Both the position numbers and the translations under genes were made by a program. From Selaginella moellendorffii (lineage: Eukaryota; Plantae; Lycopodiophyta), in the NCBI RefSeq assembly GCF_000143415.4, contig NW_003314302.1, positions 80,065 through 144,064 on the forward strand: DNA of 64,000 nucleotides, written 5' to 3'. Within the stretch, counting starts at the first letter, position 1. Each line of letters opens with the position of its first letter. Shown piece after piece: positions 13,083 to 27,613 of this stretch. Below the pieces are notes generated by a model. That model did not search any database, was not told the origin of the DNA, and saw only the letters and a program-made list of their open reading frames with translations.

Positions 13083-14072
13083 ATGGGTTTCTCTAGCAAT
13101 GGGGGTGGTGGCGGCGGCTTCGATGGTGGTAGCGGCGTTGAGGAAGAGAAATGTAGCGCTCCATGGCTGGCATTGACCGCGCCCGTTGACAATGCGGCCC
13201 AGGTCAGCGCCGCTGGGTCAAATGTGGACAGGCGAGGTCCTCCATGGCTCACCGCATTCATCCATTCCGAGTACTTTGTGAGCTGCCAGTGCCCGCGCCA
13301 TTCCGCGAGGAAGTACTTCTGCGTCCAGTGCAAGGTGGGGGTCTGCAAGGCGGAGTCGGAGTCGCAAGCCCACCGGGGTCACTCGTGCCTGCAAGTCCGA
13401 AAGGCGTCGCACGAGAACTCGATCAAGGTCGAGGACATCCAGCCCTTTGTCAACCTGGTCGACATCCAGTTCTTCTACATCAACCACAGCCACATTGTGT
13501 TCATCCAGGCGCGCACGCACCAGCCCAAGATGGTGATCGCGGTGAGCCACTGCAGCGTGTGCCAGCGGTCGCTCATGGATCCGAGCAAGCGCTTCTGCTC
13601 GCTGCAGTGCAAGCTGCGGGCGATCGTGGAGCCGCGCTGCCCCCGGGACCAGGAGCTGACCATGGTCAACGACGGCCGCTCCTCGTGCGCCTACAACCGC
13701 GAGTCAACGGGGCGGCTCACGGTCAACCAGCATCTCCACTACGTCGGCCACTCCAAGGGCCTCGGCGGCGCCGCCAAGATGGCTAGGCCAAAGAAGAAGC
13801 GAAACAAGAAGATGGCGGTGGTGGTCAGCCTGGTCAACCCAGTGGAGCAGGTCACCGCAGGAGTCAGCGAGGTCAGCCTAGAGGTCAAGCCGGCGGTCAA
13901 GCCGGCGGTGTGCTGCTCGGTCAGCGAGGTGGCGACCAGCGCTGACCGGTCGTCGCCCGAGTCAGAGGTTCTAAATGCCGTGGTCAACGAGGACGATGTG
14001 ACGAGCCAGTGCGAGAAAGGGAGTGGCAAGAGGAGGAAGAATCCCAAGCCCGCGAAGAGCCCCACTTTTTAA
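13083..14072 (+). CDS. PLATZ zinc-binding transcription factor, divergent and intronless
   Basis: PPWL...YFVSC...H...YFCVQC...HRGHSCLQVRKAS, IQFFYINH, CSVCQRSL...FCSLQCKL, C-terminal KRRK..P..SP. Confidence 0.88.
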   Translation: MGFSSNGGGGGGFDGGSGVEEEKCSAPWLALTAPVDNAAQVSAAGSNVDRRGPPWLTAFIHSEYFVSCQCPRHSARKYFCVQCKVGVCKAESESQAHRGHSCLQVRKASHENSIKVEDIQPFVNLVDIQFFYINHSHIVFIQARTHQPKMVIAVSHCSVCQRSLMDPSKRFCSLQCKLRAIVEPRCPRDQELTMVNDGRSSCAYNRESTGRLTVNQHLHYVGHSKGLGGAAKMARPKKKRNKKMAVVVSLVNPVEQVTAGVSEVSLEVKPAVKPAVCCSVSEVATSADRSSPESEVLNAVVNEDDVTSQCEKGSGKRRKNPKPAKSPTF

Positions 14073-14208
14073 ATACCTACTATGTAACTACTACTACTAT
14101 ATATACTGTTCTCTAATCAATATAAGCTATGCTATTTAGTTTTTAGGGTTGGCTCGCCCTGGCATTTAGGGTTCTTGCAATGGAGTAAGTGTGTTGCGTT
14201 TTCTCTCG

Positions 14209-15693
14209 ATGGATCTCGGCGATGAGCTGCTGCGCGCCCGCGTCGGCGCCGCAAGGGCGGCGATCGAGGCGCTGTCGGTGGGGAAGATCATGGCGGATTG
14301 CCGCAGGAGTTTGTCGAAGCTGGGAGCGCTCGAGGAGAGATCCGGCCCTCCCGACAGGTAATGTTGCTAATTTATAGCCGAGATTTGAGAGCGCTGGGTG
14401 TCTTGGCAGCTCGAATTTCGGGCATTTCGAGGCATTGATCCAAGTTCTCCAGCACCCCTACGTGAGTGGGATCTGCGGCGTCAACAAGAGCTTTCTGGGA
14501 TCGCCATCGTCTCGAGCTCACGTCGATCTGGTGGGGATGTACGATGGGAAACCGGCATGGATGGTGGTGTCGGATCGAAATCCCAAGCACGTTTCATGGC
14601 CGGAGCTCCGATCCAGGGCAGAGATCCTCGTCCAGGCAGCGGTGGCGAATCCAGTCACTCGACCCGACTTCCTCATCTTCTACTTCGCCAGGGGCGTCGA
14701 GAGGGGCGTGGCCGAGAGCTTCAAGTCGGAGTTTAGCGAGTACCAGATCGAAGTGGACGATCTTCACAAGTTTAGCGAGGTTGAGGCTGGGGAGTGGCTC
14801 TTGGTCGACGAGGATCAGGAAGAGGAATCGCTGAGCAGTAGCTGGATCTCTCTTCCAGTCAAGGCAGCGGTCATGTATCGGCTCAAGGTAGCTCCGGCGA
14901 TCGTCTTCGAGGGAGAGGTTATCAACGCAAACGAATACACAGAGTCTATAGTCGGGATCGTGGAGCACGGCTTGGAGGAGAGTGGCTTCTACAGGATTTT
15001 GAAGGACGTGAGTAGGGATTGGGGTGGCCGGAGTGAGAGAGTCGAGCTCGTGAATCTCGATACCACGGCTTTGATCGGGCTTGTCTGTGGGATCAGCAAT
15101 GGTGTCGCATCGTCTCTGGCTTGGTGCTCTGTCAAGCAGCTGCAAAAGAAGTACTCGAGTTTTGGTCACTTCTTTAAGACGCAGGTATGAAAAGTTCTTT
15201 TTCTTTTCTCTTGCTCTTGACGATGATCGAGGTTACTTTGATCTTCCAGGCACTGCTTGAGCTGGAAAGACCCTTTTTGCGCGAAGTTGCGATGATTTTC
15301 AGAGAGAGGCAACCGATGGTCTCCCAGTTTGCCTGGAAGGAGTTCGATTCAATCGTCTCAGTGATCGGTGGCCCTGACGAGCAGAGAAGAGCGGCAGCTC
15401 TTCACGATTGCTTGAAGTGAGTTTTTTCTCTTTCGATTGAGAAATGCGAGTGTTTTTCTCACACTCTTTGCAACTCCAGGCCTTTTATCGTTCCAGACAA
15501 TCCCTCCGAGAGGGTGATGGCGCTCCCACAAACTGGGAGGATCCATGGAAAACACAAGATAGTTTTTGGAACGGGTGATAGCTCTCAAGCTCCAACGCTC
15601 ACTTCCAACATCTCTTTCGTTCGGGCGGCCATAGCCAAAGGCATGGCTCTTGGCTTTATAGAGCACAGGCCATTGGCTCTCACAAGAGACTAA
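14209..15693 (+). CDS. DUF1308 / UPF0415 (C7orf25-like) protein, multi-exon
   Basis: SNFGHFEA, VNLDTTALIGLVCGISNG, IVSVIGGPDEQRRA, IVFGTGD..QAPTLTSN..FVRAA, EHRPLALTRD*. Confidence 0.85.
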
Positions 15694-16072
15694 ACAATCC
15701 ACCAAAGAGATGCTGTAAATATTCCTTGCGGTGTTCGTTCCTTTGGCTCTGCTACTGACACGTCCATTAGCTTTTACAAGGATATTCTCTAGAACCCAAC
15801 GAATTGGAGACGTGGCTCTCTCACCGTCGTCCACGTTTCCGATCCAATGGCGGCGATTTGTCCCTGTTGCCAAAACCCTCAAGGCCAGTTTCGTCTACGC
15901 CCTAAAATTTGCTTCTTCCAATAGGGTTCTTCGGGCGCCAGAGGTAGCCGCCTCTTTTGTTTTGCAATCTTGATCCATTCCCTAGCTTCTGATCGATGTT
16001 CTTGCGAGAAATCTTGTTGCGCGGAATTTCTCACGTCGCTTGCTCGTTTTCCAGGAAGCCGATGAACTTCTG

Positions 16073-17774
16073 ATGGTGTCCCAGCATTCCGCGAGCAATA
16101 TCTGGTTTCCTGCGGTCACTGTGAACTCGTCCGCGGCCGGGAAGCATGAATCCTCATCGGGAAATCGCGGCATTGAAGCAGAAGAGGATGGGAAATCTAG
16201 CGCTCCCAAAGTGAATTTCAAAGAGAAAACGATCTCCGCGGCCGGCGCAGCTTTCCTGTCAGCTGTCATTGTGAATCCTTTGGATGTAGCGAAGGTACTC
16301 TTTTTCTTTTCTTAAGTTTTCCATGGCTAAGCTTGTGATTTTGCCTTGTAGACTAGGCTCCAGGCACAAGCAGCAGGAGTCCAGTATCAAAATCACATCA
16401 CAGACTCTCTCCAGCACCAGGTAAGCAATCGATTTTTTCTCTCTTTTTTTCCTAGCTTATGGCAGCTTTTCTCTAGGTGCTTGATGGAAAGTGTCCTCCC
16501 GTCTGCCCACGAGGTGGTCCTGCCGAAGTTCCACAGTGTCCCCCGGATTGTTTCCGCTACAAGGGAACTTGGGATGTTTTCTACAAAGTCGTTCGACAGG
16601 CACGATTTCGAGAGTGTGTTTTTACGTTGCATTGACTAATCGAATGAAACAGGAAGGATTCTTACGTCTCTGGCGTGGCACGGACGCAGCACTCGCCATT
16701 GCGGTTCCTACCGTGAGTGTTCGCTCTTCTGCCGGTCTAAGATGGTCTCTAAGTTCATTTCTCGTGAACAGGTTGGGATCTACTTGCCGGTGTATGATGT
16801 CTTTCACGAGTGGCTGGAGGATGTTTCCAAGAGAAACGCTCTTCACATTGAGCCATACACGCCGCTTATAGCTGGTACTGTGGCGAGGTCCCTGGCATGC
16901 ATTGTCTGTGGTCCCATTGAATTAGCTCGGACGCGAATGCAGGTTTGCTCTTTCTTTTCATGTCGAGTTTTGTTTTCGTTGTGCCGATTACAAGCAGAGC
17001 TGAAAGTTTTTACGTGTTTTAGGCTCATAAGGAGGTTCGCCAAGGTGTGAGTCCTCCGGGGATGTGGGCTACAATGTCTGGAGCTTCAGAACGACCGGGT
17101 GGCTCACGTAAGTGCTTTTACAATACCATTGGTTTTCCTTGCATTCTCACCTCGGTTCTTTAGTCCAAAGGGTCAGAGGCTTGTGGACGGGCGTTGGAGC
17201 ACAACTAGCTCGAGACGTGCCCTTCTCAGCGATTTGCTGGAGCATTTTAGAGCCTGTAAGGAGCTCTTTACTTTCTTTTTTTTCTTTCTTGTTTGACGCA
17301 AGCTTTCGCAGATTAGGAAGAGCGTCCGTCAAAGACTTGGCTCGGATAGCGCACTAAGCGTTCTAACCGCGAACGTTTGTGGTGGATTTCTGGCCGGGAG
17401 CATTGCTGCAGCAGCGACGTGTCCTTTAGACGTTGTCAAGACGAGGCGGCAAATACTGGTAAACGTTGGTTCTTCCTCGCTCGTTGGTATCTTACCTTCT
17501 TCTCTGGCAACTGTGAAGGACCCCTCCAAGCGAATGGATTCTAACACTGCCAAAGTCCTGATGACGATCTGGAGGTGAGTTTTTCGCATTCCAATTCGTC
17601 GTTGTTCAAGAGATTGATGCAAGTTCCAACTCCAGGGATGAAGGGCTGAGGGGACTCTTCTCCGGCGTCGGCCCTCGCGTTGCCCGAGCCGGTCCCTCGG
17701 TGAGCATTGTAGTTTCTTTCTACGAAGTGATGAAGCTTTTCATCCATCACACTGGGAGTGATGAAAGACACTGA
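16073..17774 (+). CDS. MTM1: Mitochondrial carrier MTM1-like (SLC25A39/40 family), multi-exon
   Basis: Three carrier motifs PLDVAKTRLQ, PIELARTRMQ, PLDVVKTRRQ; EGFLRLWRG; RVARAGPSVSIVVSFYE. Confidence 0.9.
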
Positions 17775-17918
17775 GCGACGCTCACAGTGGAAGAGGTGAG
17801 CCAATTCTCTCTTCGAAATTTTTTTGGACTGCCAGAGACAATTTTGCGAGCGTGCCAATTTTCTTAAGCACGATTAACTGTACAAATCTGTCAATAAAGC
17901 AAAAAGGGTCTAAAGTCT

Positions 17919-17963
17919 GCCACGTTTACTCCACGTCACTAGGACGCCACGTCATTAGGGCTA
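17919..17963 (+). promoter_or_regulatory. ACGT-core (CCACGTCA) cluster upstream of the kinase gene
   Basis: GCCACGTT at 17919, CCACGTCA at 17931 and 17947; telo-box-like TAGGGTTT near 18035. Confidence 0.55.
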
Positions 17964-18125
17964 GAGTTTGTGTGAGCTCTTTAATTCATTGACTCCTACT
18001 ATTTCCCTTCCAAATATTTTCTTGCACAGTGTCTTAGGGTTTTGGCGTTCTTCCTGCGAGGGTCGATGATCCGGCACAGATCTTCGCACGTGAATTGCCA
18101 GTAGGTCGGATTTTCAGGATTTCGG

Positions 18126-19652
18126 ATGGAGGAATCGAAGGCGCATGGAGCCGATCAGAGCAAGGGTTTTGTCCGCGCGGATCTGCTCAATCTCGCCGAC
18201 CTCGACCTGGATGCTACTCTGGAGAAGCACATAAAGGTCCCGGCCGCTGGAAAGCCCGGCGAGCAGTCGAATCAATCCAGGCCCAGAGTCAGGGAGGAAT
18301 GGGAGATCGATATTGCCAAGCTCCAGCTCAACGACATCATCGCTCATGGAACTTATGGAGTTGTGCACCGTGGCGTCTACAATGGCCAGGATGTCGCGGG
18401 TAAAAAAGATTTCTTTCCTTTCTCGCGCATTTAGTTCCACTGCATCCGATAACATTGGTCCTCTAATTTGTTTTGTTCTTCCCTTGTTTCTTTTGGTTTT
18501 TGATTCCAGTGAAGCTACTAGACTGGGGGGAAGAACAAGCAATGTCACAAGCTCTTGTTAACACCTTACGTGCTTCTTTTCAACAAGAAGTGGCTGTCTG
18601 GCAAAAGTTGGATCATCCCAATGTGACCAAGGTGAATGTTCTTCGCTTTTGTTCTTGGAATTATTTTTTGGTGGGTGTTTACCAGTAGAAGATGACTGAC
18701 TGGGAAGTGGCAGTTTGTTGGAGCTTGCGTCGGATCGCCGGATCTCCAAGTCGCGTCCACCGGTGGATTCGTTCGTATATCTTCGAACATTTGTTGCGTT
18801 GTCGTCGAGTACCTCGCGGGTGGAACTTTGAAGCAGTTCCTCATCCAGCATTGTCGAAAGAAGCTCCGGCTCAAGGTCGTGATCCAGCTAGCCTTGGACC
18901 TTTCCAGAGGGTGAGTTTTTTCGTCCTTCGTTGTACCTTTTTGTTTCTTTTCGCCGCTTCTTTTTTTTTCTTCTACTCTTTTCATTTGTTCGTTTGCTTT
19001 GAGTTACACTTGCAGGCTTGACTATCTTCACTCTAAGAAGATAGTTCACAGGGACGTGAAATCGGAGAATATGCTGCTTGACAATAAGCGGCGAGTTAAA
19101 ATCGCCGACTTTGGGGTGGCCCGCGTCGAGGCTCAGAATCCCAAAGACATGACCGGCGAAACTGGCACGGTGGGATACATGGCTCCTGAGGTACGCAAGA
19201 CTTTTTTTTTTTTTCTCTCCACTTTGTGTCACTGTCTCTTAAGTACTGATTCCCGGGTCCATCCAGGTGTTAGATGGCAAACCTTACAACCGAAAGTGCG
19301 ACGTCTACAGCTTTGGAATCTGCCTGTGGGAGATTTACTGCTGTGACATGCCTTTTGCGGACTACAGCTTTGCAGACATGACATATGCGGTTGTGCACCA
19401 GGTATCGCTACGGATCTTTGCTCTTAGTTTTAAGGAGTTTCTTTTGGTTTTTCTTTTCAGGACTTGAGACCAAACATCCCTGGCTGCTGCCCGCCTCCTC
19501 TAGCGAATATCATGCGAAAGTGTTGGGACGCGAATCCGGATAGAAGACCCAACATGAGCGAAGTCGTCCAGCTCCTGGAAGCCATCGATACGAGAAAAGG
19601 CTCGGGCATGACCCCGACCGAGACGCGATCCGGCTGCTTTTGCTTCCACTGA
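18126..19652 (+). CDS. Raf-like group C Ser/Thr/Tyr kinase (ATMRK1/CBC-like), multi-exon
   Basis: [66 protein letters not shown]; C-terminal GCFCF. Confidence 0.92.
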
Positions 19653-19852
19653 GCAAATTTCACTGGAAAGAACAAAGAGGGGGAACAAGGATGACCAAGA
19701 ACAAAGAAGAACAAGCGAGCAAGCATGGAAGCAAAGAAACAACGCATAGTGTAAGTAGCTTATAAACACCAATTTTTGTGTTCCATTCTTTTTGGTGGTT
19801 TGTGTACATATATATCCTTCCTTCTTATGATTGTTTAATCAGTCACCAAGGC

Positions 19853-19932
19853 GCCACGTCGCATAGACGCCACGTCATAATGAGGCCACGTCAGTATGAG
19901 GCCACGTCACTATGAGGCCAGGTCACTAGGGC
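19853..19932 (+). promoter_or_regulatory. 16-bp-period array of GCCACGTC boxes upstream of NBS1
   Basis: GCCACGTC at 19853, 19869, 19885, 19901 and variant GCCAGGTC at 19917. Confidence 0.75.
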
Positions 19933-19948
19933 TGTCATTCATCCATCC

Positions 19949-22434
19949 ATGGTTTGGAAGCTTGGCGCCCTCAAGAATGCCTCTGCCGGTGAGTTTATTT
20001 TCTCGCGATTCTCCTCTCAGATCTCTCGGCAGATGCTCGGAGCTACTGTTTCACGGCGCCCGGCGCTTACAAGATCGGCAGGAAAGGTAGAATCGATCGA
20101 TTTCTTGGTCCGCTAGATCGAAATATTTCTCTCGTGCCGGCAGATTGCGCGGTGTGCATCGCCACGGACAAGACCGTGTCGCGCGTCCACGCCGAGTTCG
20201 TGGTGCTCCCATTGCCTCCTGGCGAGACGAAATGCGAAGCGATCGTGAGGGATTTGTCCAAGTTTGGGACGTTTCTCAACAAGGGGGCTGGAGGAGGACG
20301 AGCGAGGCCTGTGCTGGAGCTGCAAGGCAAGGAAGCTCCTGTAAAGGATGGGGATGAGATCACGTTTGGAACGGGTAGCAGTACCTTTAGGTCCTCTAGT
20401 TCTTTCTTGGTTTTGCTTTTGCTGATTTTGCCTCGGTGTTTCCAGGGCCACGTACGAGCATTTCTTCTTCTGCGTTTCAGCGTCCCAGGCTCGCAATGTG
20501 ATCTCAAAGGCAAACACTGCTTTTGGTAAGATTTTCTTGAAGAAAGTAGAGCTGAAGTCTGGTGTGATCATTCAAGGGGCACGCTGTGTGGAAAAATGGG
20601 ACGAGGAATGCACTCACTTGCTTGTGGAGGATGGCTCCTCCGTGACAGAAATGGTTTTGATGGCAGTGAGCCAACAAAAGCCGGTCGTGTCATTGAAATG
20701 GCTGGAGGTACTTCTTTTCTTCTCTTTTCTGATGTTTGATTTCTTTCGGTAGAACTATCTGCTTTCTTGTAGAATGTTGCGAGCTCCGGTGGACCCGTAC
20801 AAGAGATTCCAAAGTGCTCCAGGTGAAGCATTGTCATATTAACAACTACTCATTTGATGCATTTGATTTTAGCTATACTCCTACTCTGAAGTTTGAGCTA
20901 GATGAAGGTGATGGCTCAGATGTGAAAGTTGTACAGCCTGGTTCTCGTTTGTCGACTTACGAGGGCATAGCCTTTCTAGCTACATCTCTTCACAAGGTCC
21001 GAACGTTGAGTAAGCCAGAATTATGCTAATAATGTGTTGTCTCAGTATTATTGCAACAAAAACTTATCATCGATTGTCACTGCTGCCGGAGGAACATTAC
21101 AGCTTATTTCCAAGAAAAAAGTTCAGGTACCTAAACTTGGACGAATCAGTTTTGTATTATTATTGATGTTGTTTTTATCAGAATTCAAAGCAGCAACAAA
21201 TCCTCATTGTTCCTCATTTCGTTGAAGCGGAGGAAGACTTCACAAGCTTTCAACATCTTCAAAGAATTAGAGAAAAAAGCTTGGTACTTGGCATCTTGAG
21301 TGGATGCAAAGACATCTCTGCTTTTTACGTCCAGCAAAGTATGCACTTGCATTGCTGTAGTACAGTTTAATATATCTTCGTTTTCAGGCCCTGCAGAAAG
21401 CCAATCTACGGACGCGACTGTTGATCTCCAGGACTCTGACGATGATTCCGACTCCGTGGCCGAGACTCCTCCCAAAGTAATCGTTATTTTTCTATTTCAA
21501 AAAGAGAGCTCACTTCTCGAACCTTACAGAACATCAAGGAACGGGTAAAACAACCCGAGGTCATCAAACGCGAAACATCTCCTCCAGTATCGCGTACGAA
21601 GGCGAAGGGCAAGACTGTTGGTAAGATATGTTGTGTTTTAAGGCCGACTACTATTTGCTACCTGCAGCACTCGAGTCATCGGCTGAATCTCCCACAGCTC
21701 AAAAATGCGTTGGTTCATCGCCCAAAGCAGCCACAAGCGAAAGTATGAAGGACGAAGGAAACGGTAGAAACGTGATCGAAGAATGTGCACTGGCTAACAT
21801 TTTTACTTTGAAACAGGCGAACCAAGTAAGCTGGAATCGTTGGAACGCGATACTGCCCCACTAGCGAGAAGTAAGACGACATTTACAGCAAAAAGTGTGA
21901 AGGAGAAGGAAGACTACGGTGAAGCGATTGACAAGGAGTATGGCGAAGTCAGATACGTCGTGGGACTGGTTGTCCAACAGCCGCAAAACGAAAGGCCTGA
22001 AGTGAGCGGAATCAACTTCAAGAGCTTCCGCAGAGTATGAACTTTGGCTGGTTATATCACGTCAAGTTAACGGTGGTATGCTTTGATCCACAGGTTGGCG
22101 CAGTTCCTGGCAACAGTTTCCACGCGTTTGTGCCGTTTGCTTCAGAGGCATATCGGTAAGGCTATGGCGAGAAGACAAGTTGGACTCTAGTAATCTTTTT
22201 TGTTCTTTCGCAGAGAGACGAGCTACTTTGATGATATAGAGGAAGAGATCAAGCAAGAAAAAAAGAGGGCCGCCGAGGAGGAGCTTGCGGACGAACTCTT
22301 TGAGCTCGACAATGTAAGGAGAGCGTCTTTCTCTTTTCATCTCTTATTCTGCTTTGTTGTTGCAGACCTCGCGAAAGAGACGTCCAAGCACGAAGGCCAC
22401 TACCAGTACCACCACTAAGCGCCGAAGGACGTGA
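19949..22434 (+). CDS. NBS1: Nibrin (MRN complex subunit), FHA-BRCT, multi-exon
   Basis: MVW start; FHA YKIGRKD...VSRVHAEF...DLSKFGTFLN; BRCT CTHLLV...WLE; Mre11-binding NFKSFRR; acidic EEELADELF tail. Confidence 0.9.
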
Positions 22435-22628
22435 GAACGTTCCTAATGAAAGAACATGTAAGAGACGGGGTTTCGTGCGCCAACTTTTTGTTCCTGTGCT
22501 CGAATTCGATCTACCACGAGAAAAACAGGCAAGGAATTTGTGAGAATTTCGTATAGCTTTATGCGTCAAAGTGGATTTCAAGTAATCGCAGCTATTTACA
22601 ATGAGAGAACCTTTTCTTTCTTTTATCT

Positions 22629-24629
<2,001 letters not shown>

Positions 24630-24948
24630 TCATCACATTCGCATCACTGACCTAATTCTCGCCCATTTTTCTAGGTTTCTAGAGCAAGCACTAGAATGGA
24701 TCAACGGTTGGACGATTCTAGCAAGCTCCCTACATCAAGCTCCCATTGGGGCAAAAGCGCCCACTACCTCAAGAACCCTAAACTTGTGGTTGCATATAAA
24801 AAAGAATATACCATTATATATATTATTGCTAGGTTGTTCACTGCCACTTGTGCTACCATAAGAAGCATTGGACCTATCATTTACACTATTGTTACTGAGT
24901 TGTGATAAATAATTATGCTCTTATCGGTAATATCACACACTAATAAAT

Positions 24949-25380
24949 ATGAATACAGCTTTGAAATTATTTTTAGGATTCATGCTTTTCACCTCTTATG
25001 CTATTGTAAGTGTAAAATTTATTCTGTTTAATGAGTAACATTTACTTTTGTAGGGTGATGTGTGTCGAAATTTTAAATTCTATTGCATAGAAATTAGTTT
25101 TATTAGGCAATGGATCCATGTTAGGTGCAGGGGAGATAATGAAAAAGAGTATTCAGATGATCAGTATTATGATCTCGACAAAGTGCTTGGGAATAATGAT
25201 GGAGGTTTAGTGAAAGGAAGTGGCTTTATAGATTCTTGTACTGCTGAAATGTATGATACTTTATTAGTTCTAATATGTGCAACTAGAGAAAAGGGGAAAT
25301 TTATGGAATCACATATAGAAATGAATAATTTCCTAAAATATGAAAATGGTGAACTTAAATTTTGTATTCCACCTTTATAA
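24949..25380 (+). CDS. Secreted cyanovirin-N homolog (CVNH) lectin, copy 1 (exons 24949-25005, 25054-25380)
   Basis: Signal peptide MNTALKLFLGFMLFTSYAI; GT-AG intron; two CVNH half-repeats F..C...C...DLDKVLGNNDGGL and FIDSC...C...EMNNFLKYENGEL. Confidence 0.82.
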
Positions 25381-25449
25381 TCTAGCAAGATTAATAATAG
25401 ATTCATCTGATTTAGAATGAACTTTGATTTTTTGAATGGTATAGAGGCA

Positions 25450-26020
25450 CTAGAATGGCCAACTCCTAGAGACTAAGTTGAAAAAGGATCTATTTAAAAT
25501 CTTGAAGGGTATCTTAATGAAAAGGCATGCTCTTGGTATATCTTGGGGATGTATTTTTGAATCAATTAGATTGTTTTTGGGGAAAGAGAGAGATCCTTGA
25601 ATAGAAAGTGAGGTAGTGGATGAGCCTCCTGACATAAAAGAGCACACTCAGACTAATAGTAATGTCTAGATAGTAGTGACTTGCTATGCTCACATGCTTG
25701 TGTGATATATTGGTGTATTGTCTAGAAACAATGAGTGAGCATGGAGTATGTGGGGGAAGAGGTAAGTGCTGGATTGATGGCTAGGATGGCCAACTCCTCA
25801 AAATCTTCTTAGAATCTTGAAGGGTAAGGTGTATCTCTTGGGATATATCATTATAAAAGAAGGGTGTATTTAAATCAATCCATCAATCAAATTGCTTTTG
25901 GGGAAAGAGAAAGAAAAATCATTGCATGTAGAGTGAGGTAAAAAGGAGGATGAGCTTCTTGACAAACAAGAGCACACTTACACTAAATATAGCTCTTAGA
26001 TAGCACTGATTGCCATGTTT
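25450..26020. repeat. Diverged direct duplication of ~240 bp (~25452-25690 and ~25783-26020)
   Basis: Shared blocks ATGGCCAACTCCT, AATCTTGAAGGGTA, TTTTGGGGAAAGAGA, AGTGAGGTA, AAGAGCACACT. Confidence 0.65.
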
Positions 26021-26029
26021 ACTAGTATA

Positions 26030-26400
26030 TGTTAAGATAAGTTGTGTTCTTGGACCTAAACACACATTTTGATTACTTCACTTTAAACTAACTTTTTGCA
26101 ACTAATTTAACACCTTATGAACATTATAAATGTGCTCCTTCTACATGCCTTCTAAGTGAATCAAAACATTATTGATGAAGTAAGTAATCACTTTTAACAT
26201 TTCACAAAGAACCTCATTTATCATCCATCAAAAAGTCATCAAAATATTATCTAAACTGAACAACATTATCAAAAACTTATACAAACTAAATAGTGTACCA
26301 AAAACAATTTTGGGAACATCTTTATTGGCACTATATCAGTATTTAGAAACAAAATCTAACTTGGTGAATTGGGTGTGTGAATCTTATTTTGTGACAAAGT
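26030..26400 (-). mobile_element. Heavily decayed Ty3/gypsy reverse transcriptase fragment
   Basis: FTKLDFVSKY, DVPKIVFGTLFSLYKFLIMLFSL, FKVK*SKCVF...TYL resemble gypsy RT motifs. Confidence 0.6.
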
Positions 26401-27419
26401 CTAAAAGGAGTATTCAATTTTACATCAATTATTATTAAAATGACTATCTCGGATATGTACTTTCTAATCTTGAGACTTTCAAATGACACTTTTTTCCAAT
26501 ATCTCTTTGACATTAGTGTATAAAATTCTAATCTCCTTCTGTGACTAATGTTGAATATGAACCTTGATTGGACGAGTATCCTTAGTTATAAAGGATGATG
26601 TGTTGCAATCTTGACCCTAAATAATATGTCAAAATTACTGCTACAACACAAAAACTATTAGGGGGATATAAAAATAGAATAAAGAAGTAAAACAAAGCAA
26701 ATAGGAAGTAATAGGGAAACAAAAGTGGTGGAAGAAAATGTAAAAACAAAGGAATGAAATGGAACTAAAATAAGAGGAATAGAAGAAAAATAAAAAAGTA
26801 TAAAACAAAAAGGAGATCAAATTTATACTTAGCATTATTATGCTACAACCAATCTATATCAAGGATGAGGTCAAAAGCTTGACCCCAATGATTGAAGCTC
26901 CAAGCTTGAGATAATTTACACATATAATTATGTTTACCTCATCCCGTGCATATGTATATATACATCTATTGCCATAAAGAATAAAAATTAGTTATACCAT
27001 ATAACACAATTATAAATGGCAACATAGGAAAGTAAATACTAGATGAATTAGTGCTGACTTGATAGTGCTCTTGAAAAAAAAATGAAGGGGTCATATAAAC
27101 CATAAAATTTTCCTTTCTAATTTGCCATATTATTTATTTGACCACCACTACCCTGGCCTTAATTAAATTCTATTGCCAAGGTTCTTACCTATTGTTTTAG
27201 CTTTTACTTGATCCTACTTAGTTTTAGCTACTCACTGCACAAGCAATAGAGTGTCAGCCATCTATCTACAAATTCTCAAATTCTCTCCCAATCCCCCTCC
27301 TTGAGTTACATTAGACTTAAAATTCAACTACACTCTCCATATGCATAAGCAGTCAAGCACACCAAGCCTCCAAGTTCCTAACATCCCTTAATACACCAAA
27401 ATTTTATCATGGGACCCTC

Positions 27420-27613
27420 TGTAAGCAATTAAAAAGAACAACTTGAAAGACGATCCATGGGGTTCAAATATAGAGGGAAATGGCCTATCAACAAAAGTGC
27501 ACCCCCTTTTCTAATCGGTTAAGGGTCTTGGGATATTTGGGGTTAAGCGTCCTTAGGTTTAAATAGTACTGGGCTGGGTGACTTCTTAGAAAGTCCAAAT
27601 TCAAAAGTTTACA
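27420..27613 (+). mobile_element. Solo LTR (194 bp) of a 5S-rRNA-bearing TRIM (Cassandra-like)
   Basis: TGTAA...TTACA termini; flanks CCCTC/CCCTT (5-bp TSD, one mismatch); 5S-like block 27541-27596; homologous to LTRs at 32649 and 33025. Confidence 0.8.

Noticed and set aside
19853-19932. CRISPR-like array
   Set aside because: Eukaryotic context, 16-bp period, no unique spacers and no cas genes.
27541-27596. 5S rRNA gene
   Set aside because: Only the internal control region is present, embedded in an LTR, without 5S 5' and 3' ends.
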